37,897 bases of DNA from Desulfurellaceae bacterium (GCA_023128455.1 JAGMDW010000040.1:1-37897); one strand, 5' to 3'; counted from the first letter of the stretch, positions 15,537 to 25,848 are shown. Notes: generated from the sequence alone by a model not told the origin. Program-made: numbers and translations.

Positions 15537-16246
15537 TGCAACCAAAGTATAAGAAGATATTGCTTAAACTAAGCGGAGAAGCATTGATGGGTCATCTTGA
15601 TTTTGGCACAGATCTAAATACCTTAAACAAAATTGCCAAAAACATTTATGATACCTGGATTTTAGGAGTGCAAATAGCTATCGTTATCGGCGGAGGAAAT
15701 ATCTTCCGCGGAATAAAGGGTTCAATACAAGGCATGGATAGAGCATCGGCAGATTATATGGGCATGTTGGCTACAGTAATCAACGGGCTCGCTCTGCAGG
15801 ATGCACTGGAAAAACTCTCCCTTCAAACCAGGGTTATGTCTGCTATAGAAATGAGAGAAATAGCCGAACCTTATATTAGAAGGAGGGCTTTGAGACACTT
15901 AGAAAAGAAAAGAGTCGTTATATTTGTAGCCGGAACAGGCAGTCCTTATTTCACTACAGATACAGCGGCAGCTTTGAGAGCATTAGAAATAGAAGCAGAA
16001 GTGATATTTAAAGCAACAAAAGTAGATGGTATATACGACAAGGATCCTCTAATTTACAAAGATGCAGTAAGGTACGACAGAATCAGTTACTTGCAGGTAA
16101 TAGATAAGGGATTAAAGCTTATAGATGCTGCAGCTACATCTCTATGTATGGATAATTCTATGCCTATTATTGTCTTTAATATGAACAAAAAAGATGTGTT
16201 AAAAAGAGCTGTATTGGGTGAAAAAATAGGAACACTATTAAAATAG
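15536..16246 (+). CDS. pyrH: UMP kinase
   Basis: [22 protein letters not shown] and [20 protein letters not shown] start overlaps the tsf TAG by 1 nt. Confidence 0.95.
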   Translation: MQPKYKKILLKLSGEALMGHLDFGTDLNTLNKIAKNIYDTWILGVQIAIVIGGGNIFRGIKGSIQGMDRASADYMGMLATVINGLALQDALEKLSLQTRVMSAIEMREIAEPYIRRRALRHLEKKRVVIFVAGTGSPYFTTDTAAALRALEIEAEVIFKATKVDGIYDKDPLIYKDAVRYDRISYLQVIDKGLKLIDAAATSLCMDNSMPIIVFNMNKKDVLKRAVLGEKIGTLLK

Positions 16247-16256
16247 GAAACCATTT

Positions 16257-16814
16257 ATGAAAGAGATAGTTGATAAAGCAAAAAAAGAGATGGAAAAAAC
16301 GCTTAAGTCGCTTATGAGATATATAAAAACAGTACGAACAGGCAGAGCTCAAGCAAATTTGGTTGAAGACATTTCTGTCTCTTGTTATGAAGCAGACTCC
16401 CCATTAAAGCAAGTAGCTCTTATTTCCATTTCTGATGCTACCCACATCGTTATTCAACCGTGGGATCCCAATATTATAAAAGACATAGAAAAAGCCATTC
16501 TTAAAACAAATATTGGCGTTACACCTATAAATGATGGAAGAGTAATAAGATTAAATATACCTCATCTAACAGAAGAAGATAAAAATGCGATCGTAAAAAA
16601 GACAAGGAAAGATGCAGAAAAATACAAAATGAACATAAGAAACATAAGGAAAAAGGTAAACAACACACTAAAAGAAAGGGAAAAGGAAAAAGAAATTTCG
16701 GAAGATGATTGCAAAAAAGCAATAGGCGAAATACAAAAATTCACTGACCAATACATGGAAGAAATTATAGATATTGTGGAAAAGAAGGGGAAGGAAATAC
16801 TCTCCGTCTCATGA
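16257..16814 (+). CDS. frr: ribosome recycling factor
   Basis: 185 aa, with RTGRAQANLVEDI and PLTEE-like (HLTEEDK) motifs. Canonical position after pyrH. Confidence 0.95.
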   Translation: MKEIVDKAKKEMEKTLKSLMRYIKTVRTGRAQANLVEDISVSCYEADSPLKQVALISISDATHIVIQPWDPNIIKDIEKAILKTNIGVTPINDGRVIRLNIPHLTEEDKNAIVKKTRKDAEKYKMNIRNIRKKVNNTLKEREKEKEISEDDCKKAIGEIQKFTDQYMEEIIDIVEKKGKEILSVS

Positions 16815-17545
16815 ATGAAGAAAAACTCTTATCTCAAATAGACAAAAACACTTTACCAATGCACATAGCTATTATAATGGATGGAAACGGCAGGTGGGCA
16901 AAGACACACAAGAAAGCACGTGTTTATGGACACATAAAAGGTGTAAAAACAGTAGAAACGATAGTAGAGGTAGCAAAAAATATAGGAATCCGCATTCTCA
17001 CCATCTTTGCATTTTCTACAGAAAATTGGCAAAGGCCTAAAGATGAGGTAGATTTCCTATTAGATCTCATCTGCCAGAATACAAAACGATACTTGCCAAA
17101 TTTTATGAAAAATAAAATAAGATTCAAAACAATAGGGAAAACTGAAGATTTGCCCTACAGGCTTATAAACACTTTAAGAGATGCTCAGAGAAAAACGGAA
17201 AAATATGATGAAATGATTCTGAACTTAGCCATAAACTATGGAGGAAGATTGGATATATTAAACGCCACACAGAATATTGCAAAGCAGATAAAAAATGAAG
17301 GAATGAATATAAAAGATATAGATGAGAAAACATTTTCCAAATATCTATACACAGATCCTTTACCCGACCCTGACCTTCTAATAAGAACAGGTAAAGAAAA
17401 AAGGATAAGCAACTTTTTCCTGTGGCAGTTATCGTATACAGAACTCCATTTCTCCTCTAAGATGTGGCCAAATTTCTCTGCGGCAGATTTTTATCAAGCA
17501 ATAATAGACTTCCAGCGCCGCAAAAGGCGATTCGGAAGGCTATAG
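16811..17545 (+). CDS. uppS: di-trans,poly-cis-undecaprenyl-diphosphate synthase
   Basis: HIAIIMDGNGRWA, FAFSTENWQRP and RTGKEKRISNFFLWQLSYTE. ATGA overlap with frr. Confidence 0.95.
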   Translation: MNEEKLLSQIDKNTLPMHIAIIMDGNGRWAKTHKKARVYGHIKGVKTVETIVEVAKNIGIRILTIFAFSTENWQRPKDEVDFLLDLICQNTKRYLPNFMKNKIRFKTIGKTEDLPYRLINTLRDAQRKTEKYDEMILNLAINYGGRLDILNATQNIAKQIKNEGMNIKDIDEKTFSKYLYTDPLPDPDLLIRTGKEKRISNFFLWQLSYTELHFSSKMWPNFSAADFYQAIIDFQRRKRRFGRL

Positions 17546-18316
17546 ATGCTCAAACGCACGATTACCGCCATCATCTTCGTACCTATTGTCATACTTATAG
17601 TGCTCAAATGTAGTTTCACAATCATATTTTTAGTAGTAACTGTTGTTTCTGTGTTAGGAATGATAGAATGGTTAAAATTGGACGATAAACAGATAAATAT
17701 AGTAAAAACCTTCTATATTTTATTTTCCATTTTCTTCAGTATCTCGATTATGCGTTTTCCTTCTTTTATACAACCTGTTGTATTGGGTATCATAGTCATT
17801 CACTTGCTGCTAAATTTCGAAAATGTGCAAAAAGAAAGTATTCTTAAAAAAGCATTTTATCTTTCAGCTGTATTCTACATAGCTTTATACACATACTTTT
17901 ACAAATTAGCTATAACAGACAAAGGAAGAGAAGTTTTAATTCTGATCCTTTTTTCCATATGGATTGGCGATACTGCAGCTCTATTTTTCGGCAAGAAATG
18001 GGGAAAACATCCCCTGTCACCTCGCATAAGCCCGCACAAAACTATAGAAGGTGCAATTTCAGGGGTGATTATGGGGACTGCAGTAGCTTTCTTGTCTGGT
18101 ATGTTTAGTATAGAATTAAAACATGGATTTTTATTTTGTTTTACAGCCAACATAGTGGGTATTTTGGGCGATCTGGCTGAATCTGTCCCAAAAAGAGTCT
18201 TTGGAAAAAAGGACTCCGGCAATCTTCTGCCAGGTCACGGGGGAATATTGGACAGACTGGACAGTTTATCTTTTGCCATACCTGCTATATACTACCTGAA
18301 AATGCTAATAGAATGA
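17546..18316 (+). CDS. cdsA: phosphatidate cytidylyltransferase
   Basis: Polytopic membrane protein carrying the CDS signature SVPKRVFGKKDSGNLLPGHGGILDRLDS. Confidence 0.93.
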   Translation: MLKRTITAIIFVPIVILIVLKCSFTIIFLVVTVVSVLGMIEWLKLDDKQINIVKTFYILFSIFFSISIMRFPSFIQPVVLGIIVIHLLLNFENVQKESILKKAFYLSAVFYIALYTYFYKLAITDKGREVLILILFSIWIGDTAALFFGKKWGKHPLSPRISPHKTIEGAISGVIMGTAVAFLSGMFSIELKHGFLFCFTANIVGILGDLAESVPKRVFGKKDSGNLLPGHGGILDRLDSLSFAIPAIYYLKMLIE

Positions 18317-19464
18317 AAAAAATCGTTATTTTAGGTTCGACCGGTTCGATAGGGAAAAATAGCATTCAAGTAATAATGCGCTATCCGCATAAATTCAAAG
18401 TCTTGGGTATTTCTGGCTACGAAAATATAGAACTTCTAAAAGAGCAAGCTAATCTTCTCAGCCCCCAAATTGTCGTTGTTAAAACAAAAGAAAACAAAAT
18501 TAAGCTACAAGAAGAAATCTCCTCACACATAAAAATCATTTATGGAGAAGAGGGTTTGTGCGAACTTGCCTCTCATCCCGAAGCACACATCGTGATCAAT
18601 GCACTGGCAGGCATTACAGGGCTACTTCCTACATATTCAGCCATTCAAAATAAAAAAAGACTGGCTCTGGCAAATAAAGAATCTTTAGTCGCCTGGGGCA
18701 AACACATCATGAAAAAAGCAAAAGAAAATCATGTAGAAATTATTCCTGTAGATTCGGAACACAGCGCATTATTCCAATGTTTAAAAGCAGGAAAAAAGAG
18801 AGATGTAAATAGATTAATTCTTACTGCCTCCGGCGGTCCATTTTTACATACATCAAAGGAATTTTTCCCACATATTCGCAAAGAGGATGCACTAAGGCAC
18901 CCATCATGGAACATGGGCAAAAAGGTTACTATTGATTCTGCAACATTGATGAATAAAGGCTTTGAAATGATCGAAGCCCGGTGGTTATTCAACATCAAAC
19001 CTTCAAAAATAGATGTGATAATCCATCCTCAAAGCATAATACATTCAGCGGTGGAATTTAAAGACAGTTCCATAATAGCCCAGATGGCAGCCTCCGATAT
19101 GCGTATACCTATAAGCTATTCCCTATTCTACCCTCAGAGAAGCAACGAAATCAATGCTTTATCTTTCGATAAGATGCAATCACTGACATTTGAAAAACCA
19201 GATACAGAAAAATTTAACACTCTCAATTTGGCTAAATACGCCTTACAAAATGAAGACAAAAATTATGCAATCGTTTTAAACGCTGCCGATGAAGCAGCAG
19301 TAGAATTATTCTTAAACAGAAAAATCACATTTGATAAGATATTTGACATACTGGAAAAATCAATCCATATTTTTGGAGGAAAAATGATGAATTCTATTTA
19401 TGATGTAAAGAGTTTTACCGATGAGATAATAAAAAATATAAAAAAATATAAAGGAAACATATAA
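18313..19464 (+). CDS. dxr: 1-deoxy-D-xylulose-5-phosphate reductoisomerase
   Basis: N-terminal ILGSTGSIG NADPH-binding motif, LANKESLV, PVDSEHSA and HPSWNMG. Confidence 0.95.
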   Translation: MKKIVILGSTGSIGKNSIQVIMRYPHKFKVLGISGYENIELLKEQANLLSPQIVVVKTKENKIKLQEEISSHIKIIYGEEGLCELASHPEAHIVINALAGITGLLPTYSAIQNKKRLALANKESLVAWGKHIMKKAKENHVEIIPVDSEHSALFQCLKAGKKRDVNRLILTASGGPFLHTSKEFFPHIRKEDALRHPSWNMGKKVTIDSATLMNKGFEMIEARWLFNIKPSKIDVIIHPQSIIHSAVEFKDSSIIAQMAASDMRIPISYSLFYPQRSNEINALSFDKMQSLTFEKPDTEKFNTLNLAKYALQNEDKNYAIVLNAADEAAVELFLNRKITFDKIFDILEKSIHIFGGKMMNSIYDVKSFTDEIIKNIKKYKGNI

Positions 19465-20522
19465 TGGGTATTATTTACGGATTAATTGCTCTTATTATTA
19501 TTATTTTAATTCATGAAACTGGACATTTCTCTATAGCAAAACTGTTTCACGTATTTGTAGAAAGATTTTCCATCGGATTCGGTCCTGTTATATTAAGGAA
19601 AAAGGGAAAGGAAACAGAATACGTAATTTCTGCTATCCCGTTGGGAGGATATGTAAAATTAAAAGGAGAAAATCCAGAAGAAGGAGAGAAAAAAGATTCA
19701 GATGAACGAGCATTCTACAACCAAAAATTATACAAGCGTTTTCTCATCATTCTCGCCGGTCCAATGTTCAACATACTATCTGCTGTATTGTTTTTTGCTA
19801 TTGTATATGCCGTTGGTGTTCCCACACTTAAATCGACAATAGGAGAAGTAAAAAAAGATGCTCCTGCTTATTATGCCAAAATACAAAAGGGAGATGAGAT
19901 TGTTGCTATAGATAAAAAGAGTATAAAAACATGGGAAGAGCTCTCCGCCATCATCAAAAAAAATGCAGGAAAAAGTATCACTCTAAATATCAAAAGAAAT
20001 GGAAAAATAATAGAAACACCCATTACACCAAAACTTACCGAAGTAAAAGACTTTTTGGGTTACAAGAAAAAGGTAGGTATTATTGGCATTGCGCCCTCAG
20101 GAGAAACGATTATACAAAGACTGAATGTTTTTAAAAGTATAGAAAAGGGTGCTTGTAGAACAGTCTATATTGCAAAGATAACCATATTGGGTATTGTAAG
20201 ACTCATTGAAAGAGCCATTCCTGCTTCCTCGGTGGGAGGGCCTATATTAATCATTGAGATTGCATCTAAAGCTGCATCAGCCGGTTTCTCTACATTCTTG
20301 GCTTTAGCGGCTATAATCAGTATCAATTTAGGCATTTTGAATCTTCTGCCTATCCCTATTCTTGACGGTGGGCATCTAACATTCCTCACTATAGAAGCTA
20401 TAAGAAGAAAGCCGGTTCCCTTGAATGTGCAGGTAATTGCACAAAATATCGGCTTAGCTATTCTAATTTTACTTATGGCGTTTGCTTTTTACAATGATCT
20501 ATCCCGACTCTTTATAAAATAA
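19464..20522 (+). CDS. rseP: RIP site-2 zinc metalloprotease (M50 family, one PDZ domain)
   Basis: HETGHF (HExxH) in TM1, a central PDZ-like segment, and C-terminal NLLPIPILDGGH. Confidence 0.92.
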   Translation: MGIIYGLIALIIIILIHETGHFSIAKLFHVFVERFSIGFGPVILRKKGKETEYVISAIPLGGYVKLKGENPEEGEKKDSDERAFYNQKLYKRFLIILAGPMFNILSAVLFFAIVYAVGVPTLKSTIGEVKKDAPAYYAKIQKGDEIVAIDKKSIKTWEELSAIIKKNAGKSITLNIKRNGKIIETPITPKLTEVKDFLGYKKKVGIIGIAPSGETIIQRLNVFKSIEKGACRTVYIAKITILGIVRLIERAIPASSVGGPILIIEIASKAASAGFSTFLALAAIISINLGILNLLPIPILDGGHLTFLTIEAIRRKPVPLNVQVIAQNIGLAILILLMAFAFYNDLSRLFIK

Positions 20523-20523
20523 A

Positions 20524-21612
20524 ATGGAATGGATAAAGAGAAGAAAGACAAAGAAGATAAAGATAGGAAATGTATACATAGGAGGAGATGCACCCATTTC
20601 TGTCCAGTCCATGACTAAAACGGACACCAGAAATATCAAACAAACTCTCGGTCAAATAAACGAATTGTGTGAGGCAGGTTGTGAGATCGTAAGGTGTGCA
20701 ATAATGGATGATGAAGCGGTAGCTGCCATAAAAGAAATAAAAAAGAAAAGTCCTATACCTATAATTGCCGACATTCATTTCCAATATCATTTAGCAATCG
20801 CATCTCTTGAAGCAGGGATAGATGGAATAAGGATAAATCCCGGAAACATCGGCTCCTGGGGAAAAGTAAGCGAAATAATAAGAGTAGCAAAGGACAAAAA
20901 TATTCCTATTAGAATAGGCGTGAACTCAGGTTCTCTGGAAAAGAATCTATTAAATAAATATGGATGGCCAAGTGCTGATGCAATGGCAGAAAGCGCATAT
21001 AACTGGGTGGGGAAATTTGAAGACGAAGGGTTCACATTAATGAAGTTATCCATAAAATCATCCGATGTAAAAACAACCATTATTACCAATGAAAAGATAT
21101 CAAAACTTATAGATTACCCCATACACATTGGGCTTACGGAAGCAGGTCCTCTACAAGAAGGGATAACAAAATCCGGTGTTGCCTTAGGTGCTCTTTTAAG
21201 AGAAGGCATTGGAGATACAATCAGGGTATCCCTCTCAGAACATCCTGTAAAAGAAGTAGATGCAGCCTATGAAATCTTGTCCTCTCTTCACTTAAGAAAA
21301 AAACACGGTATAGATATTGTCTCCTGCCCTACTTGCGGGCGCATACAGATAGATCTCATACCTCTTGTAGCTACGCTAAAAAAGAGATTATCTCATATTA
21401 AAAAAGCCATTAAAATAGCTGTTCTGGGCTGTATGGTCAATGCAATAGGCGAATCAAAAGAAGCAGATTTAGCAATCTGTGGCGGAAAAAAATTCGGATT
21501 AATCGTCGTTAAGGGAAAAATAAAAGAAAAAGTGCCAGAATCACAACTAATAGAAAAATTTGTCAAAGAAGTAGAAAATTACGCAAAGAATATCTCTAAT
21601 GAAAAAAATTAA
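20524..21612 (+). CDS. ispG: 4-hydroxy-3-methylbut-2-enyl-diphosphate synthase
   Basis: VQSMTKT, IRINPGNIG, CPTCGR and GCMVNAIGE (the cluster cysteines) are typical of GcpE/IspG. Confidence 0.94.
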   Translation: MEWIKRRKTKKIKIGNVYIGGDAPISVQSMTKTDTRNIKQTLGQINELCEAGCEIVRCAIMDDEAVAAIKEIKKKSPIPIIADIHFQYHLAIASLEAGIDGIRINPGNIGSWGKVSEIIRVAKDKNIPIRIGVNSGSLEKNLLNKYGWPSADAMAESAYNWVGKFEDEGFTLMKLSIKSSDVKTTIITNEKISKLIDYPIHIGLTEAGPLQEGITKSGVALGALLREGIGDTIRVSLSEHPVKEVDAAYEILSSLHLRKKHGIDIVSCPTCGRIQIDLIPLVATLKKRLSHIKKAIKIAVLGCMVNAIGESKEADLAICGGKKFGLIVVKGKIKEKVPESQLIEKFVKEVENYAKNISNEKN

Positions 21613-21817
21613 GAATCTTCTTCAAAATATTTCACAAAACAGATTTTTCAACATTACCATAATAATAATAATCATTATTTCTCTCTTCTCTATAATAGCC
21701 TATGAGGGAGGAATAGCTACAACAGGCTTAAAGATTCATTATAAAACGATTGAAATATATATGTATTATTCTTTGTATAGAGTTTCTCTTAAGACTATGG
21801 TTGTCTCCCACCTTTAA
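21599..21817 (+). pseudogene. N-terminal (S1) fragment of the downstream K+ channel, in a different frame
   Basis: ATG overlaps the ispG end by 14 nt. It encodes one TM helix (FFNITIIIIIIISLFSIIAY) and ...HYKTIEIY, which would read smoothly into ICIILCIEFLLRLW of the next ORF if 2 nt were added. Confidence 0.5.
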
Positions 21818-22970
21818 ATTTAGAACAATAACAGACATTTTATCATTCATTCCTTACTACATTTTACCTAAACCTTATTCTTTCTTAATTATTATAAGCA
21901 GATTAATTAAAATAACACACCATAGCCCTTTGTTTCCAGGAATGAAACCTGTCATAAAGAAAAGAACAACTGAAGCTATGGCTTTATTCATAGTAATTTT
22001 CTTTGTGATCTTTTCATTCTCCATAGTCATATACCTTACTGAATATAAACCCAATGCCCAATTTAAAACCATATTTGATTCTCTATATTGGGTTATACAA
22101 ACCATACCTATGCTTGGTTATGGAGATATTACCCCCTCTACCCAAACCGGCAAAGTTGTCACTATTATACTCGTTATAATTGGAGTTTTAATACTCTCCA
22201 TCATTACCAGCTTTATAACATCATTGTATATGGAATATATACTTAAATTTAAAAGCCTGCAGGAGGAAAAAATGAAGAAAGAAATCAAAAAACTAAAGAA
22301 TCATCATATAATCTGTGGCTTCGGGAGACTGGGAAAAAATGTAGCAGAGGAATTGCATAAAAGAGACGTATCTTTTGTTATAATAGAAAAGGATAAAGAG
22401 AAAGTAGAAAATAAAGGATATAAAACAATTTGTGGCGATGCAACAGAAGAAGAAACATTAAAAAACGCCAATATAGAGCAAGCTTCCAGTATAATTATCC
22501 TCACCCCTTCCGATGCAGAAAATCTCTACATCACAATGACTGCAAGAGAGTTAAACCCAAACTTAAATATTATCAGCCGCGTATCTGAAGAAGAAAGCAA
22601 AAAAAGACTGATTAAAGCAGGGGCAAATAAGATAATCTCTCCTTATGAGATAAGCGGTTCCCGCATCGCCTATATAATCACCTCCCCCAAAGCAGCAGAA
22701 TTCACCTTAGCTTTAAGGTCTACAGCCGAAGAATTTAAGATAGCAGAAATCGACATAGAACAAAACTCAGCTTATGATGGTGTAAAAATAAAAGATTCAC
22801 AAATAAGAGAGAAATTTAACATTATGATTATAGGAATAGTGGAAAAAGGGAAAACTCATTTTAATCCCTCTGCCCAAACAAAAATAAAAGGGAATTCCAC
22901 GCTTATCTGCACAGGACAAGAAGAAAATATAAAACAATTTTGTTTATCTGTCCAAAAGGAATTCAAATAG
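21750..22970 (+). CDS. potassium channel (S2-S6 with GYGD filter) fused to RCK/TrkA-N and TrkA-C domains
   Basis: Pore signature TIPMLGYGDITP, an S4-like ISRLIKITHHS segment, the Rossmann motif IICGFGRLGKNV, and a C-terminal TrkA-C-like segment. The only upstream start in this frame is the ORF-track TTG at 21750. Confidence 0.85.
   Translation: MKYICIILCIEFLLRLWLSPTFKFRTITDILSFIPYYILPKPYSFLIIISRLIKITHHSPLFPGMKPVIKKRTTEAMALFIVIFFVIFSFSIVIYLTEYKPNAQFKTIFDSLYWVIQTIPMLGYGDITPSTQTGKVVTIILVIIGVLILSIITSFITSLYMEYILKFKSLQEEKMKKEIKKLKNHHIICGFGRLGKNVAEELHKRDVSFVIIEKDKEKVENKGYKTICGDATEEETLKNANIEQASSIIILTPSDAENLYITMTARELNPNLNIISRVSEEESKKRLIKAGANKIISPYEISGSRIAYIITSPKAAEFTLALRSTAEEFKIAEIDIEQNSAYDGVKIKDSQIREKFNIMIIGIVEKGKTHFNPSAQTKIKGNSTLICTGQEENIKQFCLSVQKEFK
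21755..21762 (+). repeat. (AT)4 dinucleotide tract at the frameshift point of the K+ channel gene
   Basis: The tract reads ATATATAT. One extra AT unit would fuse 21599-21817 and 21750-22970 into one frame, giving ...T I E I Y I C I I L C I E F... Confidence 0.6.
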
Positions 22971-23439
22971 TCTTCTTTAACATCCGATGAACAATCAAGA
23001 TAAGTACACCTACAGTAATGCAAGCGTCAGCAATATTAAAAGCCGGATAATGATGCATGCCAATATGGAAATCAATAAAATCCGTCACATATCCAAAAAA
23101 TAGCCTGTCTCTTAAATTTCCCAATGCTCCAGCCCCCAATAAACTCAACCCCACAACAGTTATAGATGAAATCTTTCTTTCTTTAAGTAACATAACTATC
23201 ACGATAATAAAAACGATAATATTCACAGAAGAAAGTAAAATTCTCTTAAAAAAGATGGGAGAGGTGCCAAACAGACCAAATGCTATTCCACTATTTTTTA
23301 CATACACTATGTTCAGAAAGCCAAAAACAGATATGCAACTGCCCACTCCCAAAAAATGAGCTACCAATATTTTAGATATTACATCTAAAATAAAAAAGAA
23401 AACTATTAAATAAAAGGCAACATAGGCACTCTTCCACAT
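22963..23439 (-). CDS. lspA: lipoprotein signal peptidase (signal peptidase II)
   Basis: Four-TM protein with NSGIAFG and FNIADACI motifs. The ATG immediately follows the rplQ TAG. Confidence 0.92.
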   Translation of the reverse strand: MWKSAYVAFYLIVFFFILDVISKILVAHFLGVGSCISVFGFLNIVYVKNSGIAFGLFGTSPIFFKRILLSSVNIIVFIIVIVMLLKERKISSITVVGLSLLGAGALGNLRDRLFFGYVTDFIDFHIGMHHYPAFNIADACITVGVLILIVHRMLKKTI

Positions 23440-23802
23440 CTAAGATTTTTTCTTAGAAAATTCCACTATGGACACAGGAGCTCCATCGCCCTTACGATAA
23501 CCTAACTTAAAACAGCGCAAATATCCACCATTTACATCTGCAAACCGAGGACCAATCTCGGAAAAGAGTTTATCCACTATTTTCTTATGTGGTAGAATGC
23601 TTAAAGCCTGCCTTCGCGCAGACAGAGTTTCTTTTTTAGCCAATGTAACCAAACCACTAACAAAACGCACCATTTCTTTAGCTCTAGCATCTGTGGTTGT
23701 AATACGCTCGTTCAATATTATAGCTCGGGCTAAACTTCTCAGTAAAGCTTTCCTATGTCCTGTGTTTACCCCCAGCTTTCTATAACCATGTTTATGACGC
23801 AT
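23440..23802 (-). CDS. rplQ: 50S ribosomal protein L17
   Basis: MRHKHGYRKLGVNTGHRKALLRSLA is the canonical L17 N-terminus. Confidence 0.97.
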   Translation of the reverse strand: MRHKHGYRKLGVNTGHRKALLRSLARAIILNERITTTDARAKEMVRFVSGLVTLAKKETLSARRQALSILPHKKIVDKLFSEIGPRFADVNGGYLRCFKLGYRKGDGAPVSIVEFSKKKS

Positions 23803-24826
23803 CCTTTTCTCTCCTCTCTGCTTCTAATTGTTCTATCTTTGAAAGTGTCTTCTCATCTATCTTCATGTCTAAACTCAATCCTAATTGATTCAGAGCATCT
23901 TTTATTTCCTTTAACGATTGCTTGCCAAAATTACGCGTGTCCAAAAGCTCACTCTCTGTTTTTTGCACCAATTTCAAAATGTACTCTATGTTCTGAGCCT
24001 TTAAACAATTTGCTGCACGGGCGCTCAACTCCAATTCCCCTACTGTCTTTAATAAATTTTCATTAATCTCTGTTTCTTCTTCTATTTCCTCTTCAACTTT
24101 TTTTTCTGTTGTGGAAACGAATTGCGTAAAAAAACTAAGATAATCTTCTAAAACATATGCCGCCTTGCTTACCGCATTTTCTGGAGCTAACGTCCCATCT
24201 GTTTCTACCTCTAAAGTAAGTTTATCATAATCATAAAAACCACGATGTGTACTTTTCTCGGCATGATAAGTAACACGTTTTACAGGCGAAAACATAGCAT
24301 CTATAGGAATTAATCCCACTTCTTCTCTAACATTTTCCTTGGCTGGTTTATATCCTACACCCTTTTCTAAAAGGAGTTTCATTTTAATTTCACTGTCTTC
24401 CATTAAAAAAGCAATATGATGAGTCTTATTTACTATCTCTATATCGGATGAAACAGCAATATCCCCAGCCTTCAATTCTCCGCCTCCTTTTTTTTCAATA
24501 AAAGCCTCACCCTCTGTAAAACCATCTGTCAATGCTTTAAAACGCACTTGCTTTAAATTCAATATAATAGCTAATACATCTTCCTTTACGCCATGCAAAA
24601 CGCTAAATTCATGCATTACTCCTTCTATCTTTGCCCCTACAATCACAATACCAGGGATAGAAGAAAGAAGAACTCTCCTGATAGCATTCCCTAAAGTTAC
24701 AGCATATCCTTTAGGAAGAGGTTGAATGATAAACTGTTCTACATTAGCATTCTCTTCAATACTTTTTACTTGAACAGCCAAAGGCTCTACCAAATAATTA
24801 AATGTCCGCTCCATTTTCTCCCCCAT
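23792..24826 (-). CDS. rpoA: DNA-directed RNA polymerase subunit alpha
   Basis: LGNAIRRVLLSSIPG in the N-terminal domain and ELELSARAANCLK in the C-terminal domain. ATG 24814 is an alternative start. Confidence 0.95.
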   Translation of the reverse strand: MGEKMERTFNYLVEPLAVQVKSIEENANVEQFIIQPLPKGYAVTLGNAIRRVLLSSIPGIVIVGAKIEGVMHEFSVLHGVKEDVLAIILNLKQVRFKALTDGFTEGEAFIEKKGGGELKAGDIAVSSDIEIVNKTHHIAFLMEDSEIKMKLLLEKGVGYKPAKENVREEVGLIPIDAMFSPVKRVTYHAEKSTHRGFYDYDKLTLEVETDGTLAPENAVSKAAYVLEDYLSFFTQFVSTTEKKVEEEIEEETEINENLLKTVGELELSARAANCLKAQNIEYILKLVQKTESELLDTRNFGKQSLKEIKDALNQLGLSLDMKIDEKTLSKIEQLEAERREKDAS

Positions 24827-24831
24827 CTTAA

Positions 24832-25452
24832 TTACTTAGAATACAACTCTACTACTGCATCCTCGTTAAACGGAGGATTAACTTCTCCTGTCGAAGGTAT
24901 ATTCAACACAGTAAAGGTAAACTTATCAGCATCAACCTGAAACCACGAAGGAATACCTCTTTTTACAGCTTCTTCTATTCCTGCTTTTATGAAATCATTC
25001 TTTTTTGCCTCATCCATTAATGCAACAACATCAGCTTTTCTCAAAAGATAAGAAGGGATGTTTACCCTCCGTCCATTCACCTTTACAAAACGATGCGAAA
25101 TCAGCTGCCTTGCCTGTCCCCTGGAGGTAGCAAATCCCACTCTGTAAAGCATATTATCCAAACGACTCTCTAGGATGCGAATAAGGTTTTCTCCTGTTCT
25201 GCCTTTTTCTCTCTTCGCCTTAAAGAAATATCTCCTAAACTGTCTCTCTCCCACAGCATAAATCGCCCGTGCTTTTTGCTTTTCCATAAGATGAGTTGCA
25301 TAATCACTCATCTTCCTTCTCTGAAATCTTTCTTTGCCGGGAGGATAAGGTCTCCTTTCAAAAGCACATTTTCCAGTCAGACACCTGTCCCCTTTTAAAT
25401 ACAGCTTTGCTCCCAACCGTCGGCACAATTTACACTCATCTTGCTTCTTCAT
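24832..25452 (-). CDS. rpsD: 30S ribosomal protein S4 (four-Cys N-terminal form)
   Basis: CKLCRRLGAKLYLKGDRCLTGKC, then an S4 RNA-binding domain containing LESRLDNMLYRVGFA. Confidence 0.96.
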   Translation of the reverse strand: MKKQDECKLCRRLGAKLYLKGDRCLTGKCAFERRPYPPGKERFQRRKMSDYATHLMEKQKARAIYAVGERQFRRYFFKAKREKGRTGENLIRILESRLDNMLYRVGFATSRGQARQLISHRFVKVNGRRVNIPSYLLRKADVVALMDEAKKNDFIKAGIEEAVKRGIPSWFQVDADKFTFTVLNIPSTGEVNPPFNEDAVVELYSK

Positions 25453-25455
25453 ATT

Positions 25456-25848
25456 CTACACCCTCCTCTTCTTGGGTGGTCTACAGCCATTATGAGGTAT
25501 AGGTGTCACATCTTTGATGGACTTTACTTCTAATCCTGCCGCCTGTAGAGCCCTTATTGCTGTTTCTCTACCTCCTCCAGGACCTTTGATCATCACATCT
25601 ACTTCCTTTAATCCGGCACTTAAGGCCTTTTTGGCTACAGACTCGGCAGTAACCTGGGCAGCAAACGGTGTTCCCTTTTTTGCCCCTTTAAAACCAGATG
25701 TCCCCGCGCTAGCCCAGAAAAGACTATTGCCCATTTTGTCCGTAATACTGATCAACGCATTATTAAATGTCGTTTGTATATGCGCTATCCCTCTTGCTAC
25801 TGCTACTTTTCTTGTTCTTTTCTTGACCTTTTTTCTCTTATTTACCAT
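25456..25848 (-). CDS. rpsK: 30S ribosomal protein S11
   Basis: [18 protein letters not shown] and the C-terminal [17 protein letters not shown]. Confidence 0.97.
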   Translation of the reverse strand: MVNKRKKVKKRTRKVAVARGIAHIQTTFNNALISITDKMGNSLFWASAGTSGFKGAKKGTPFAAQVTAESVAKKALSAGLKEVDVMIKGPGGGRETAIRALQAAGLEVKSIKDVTPIPHNGCRPPKKRRV

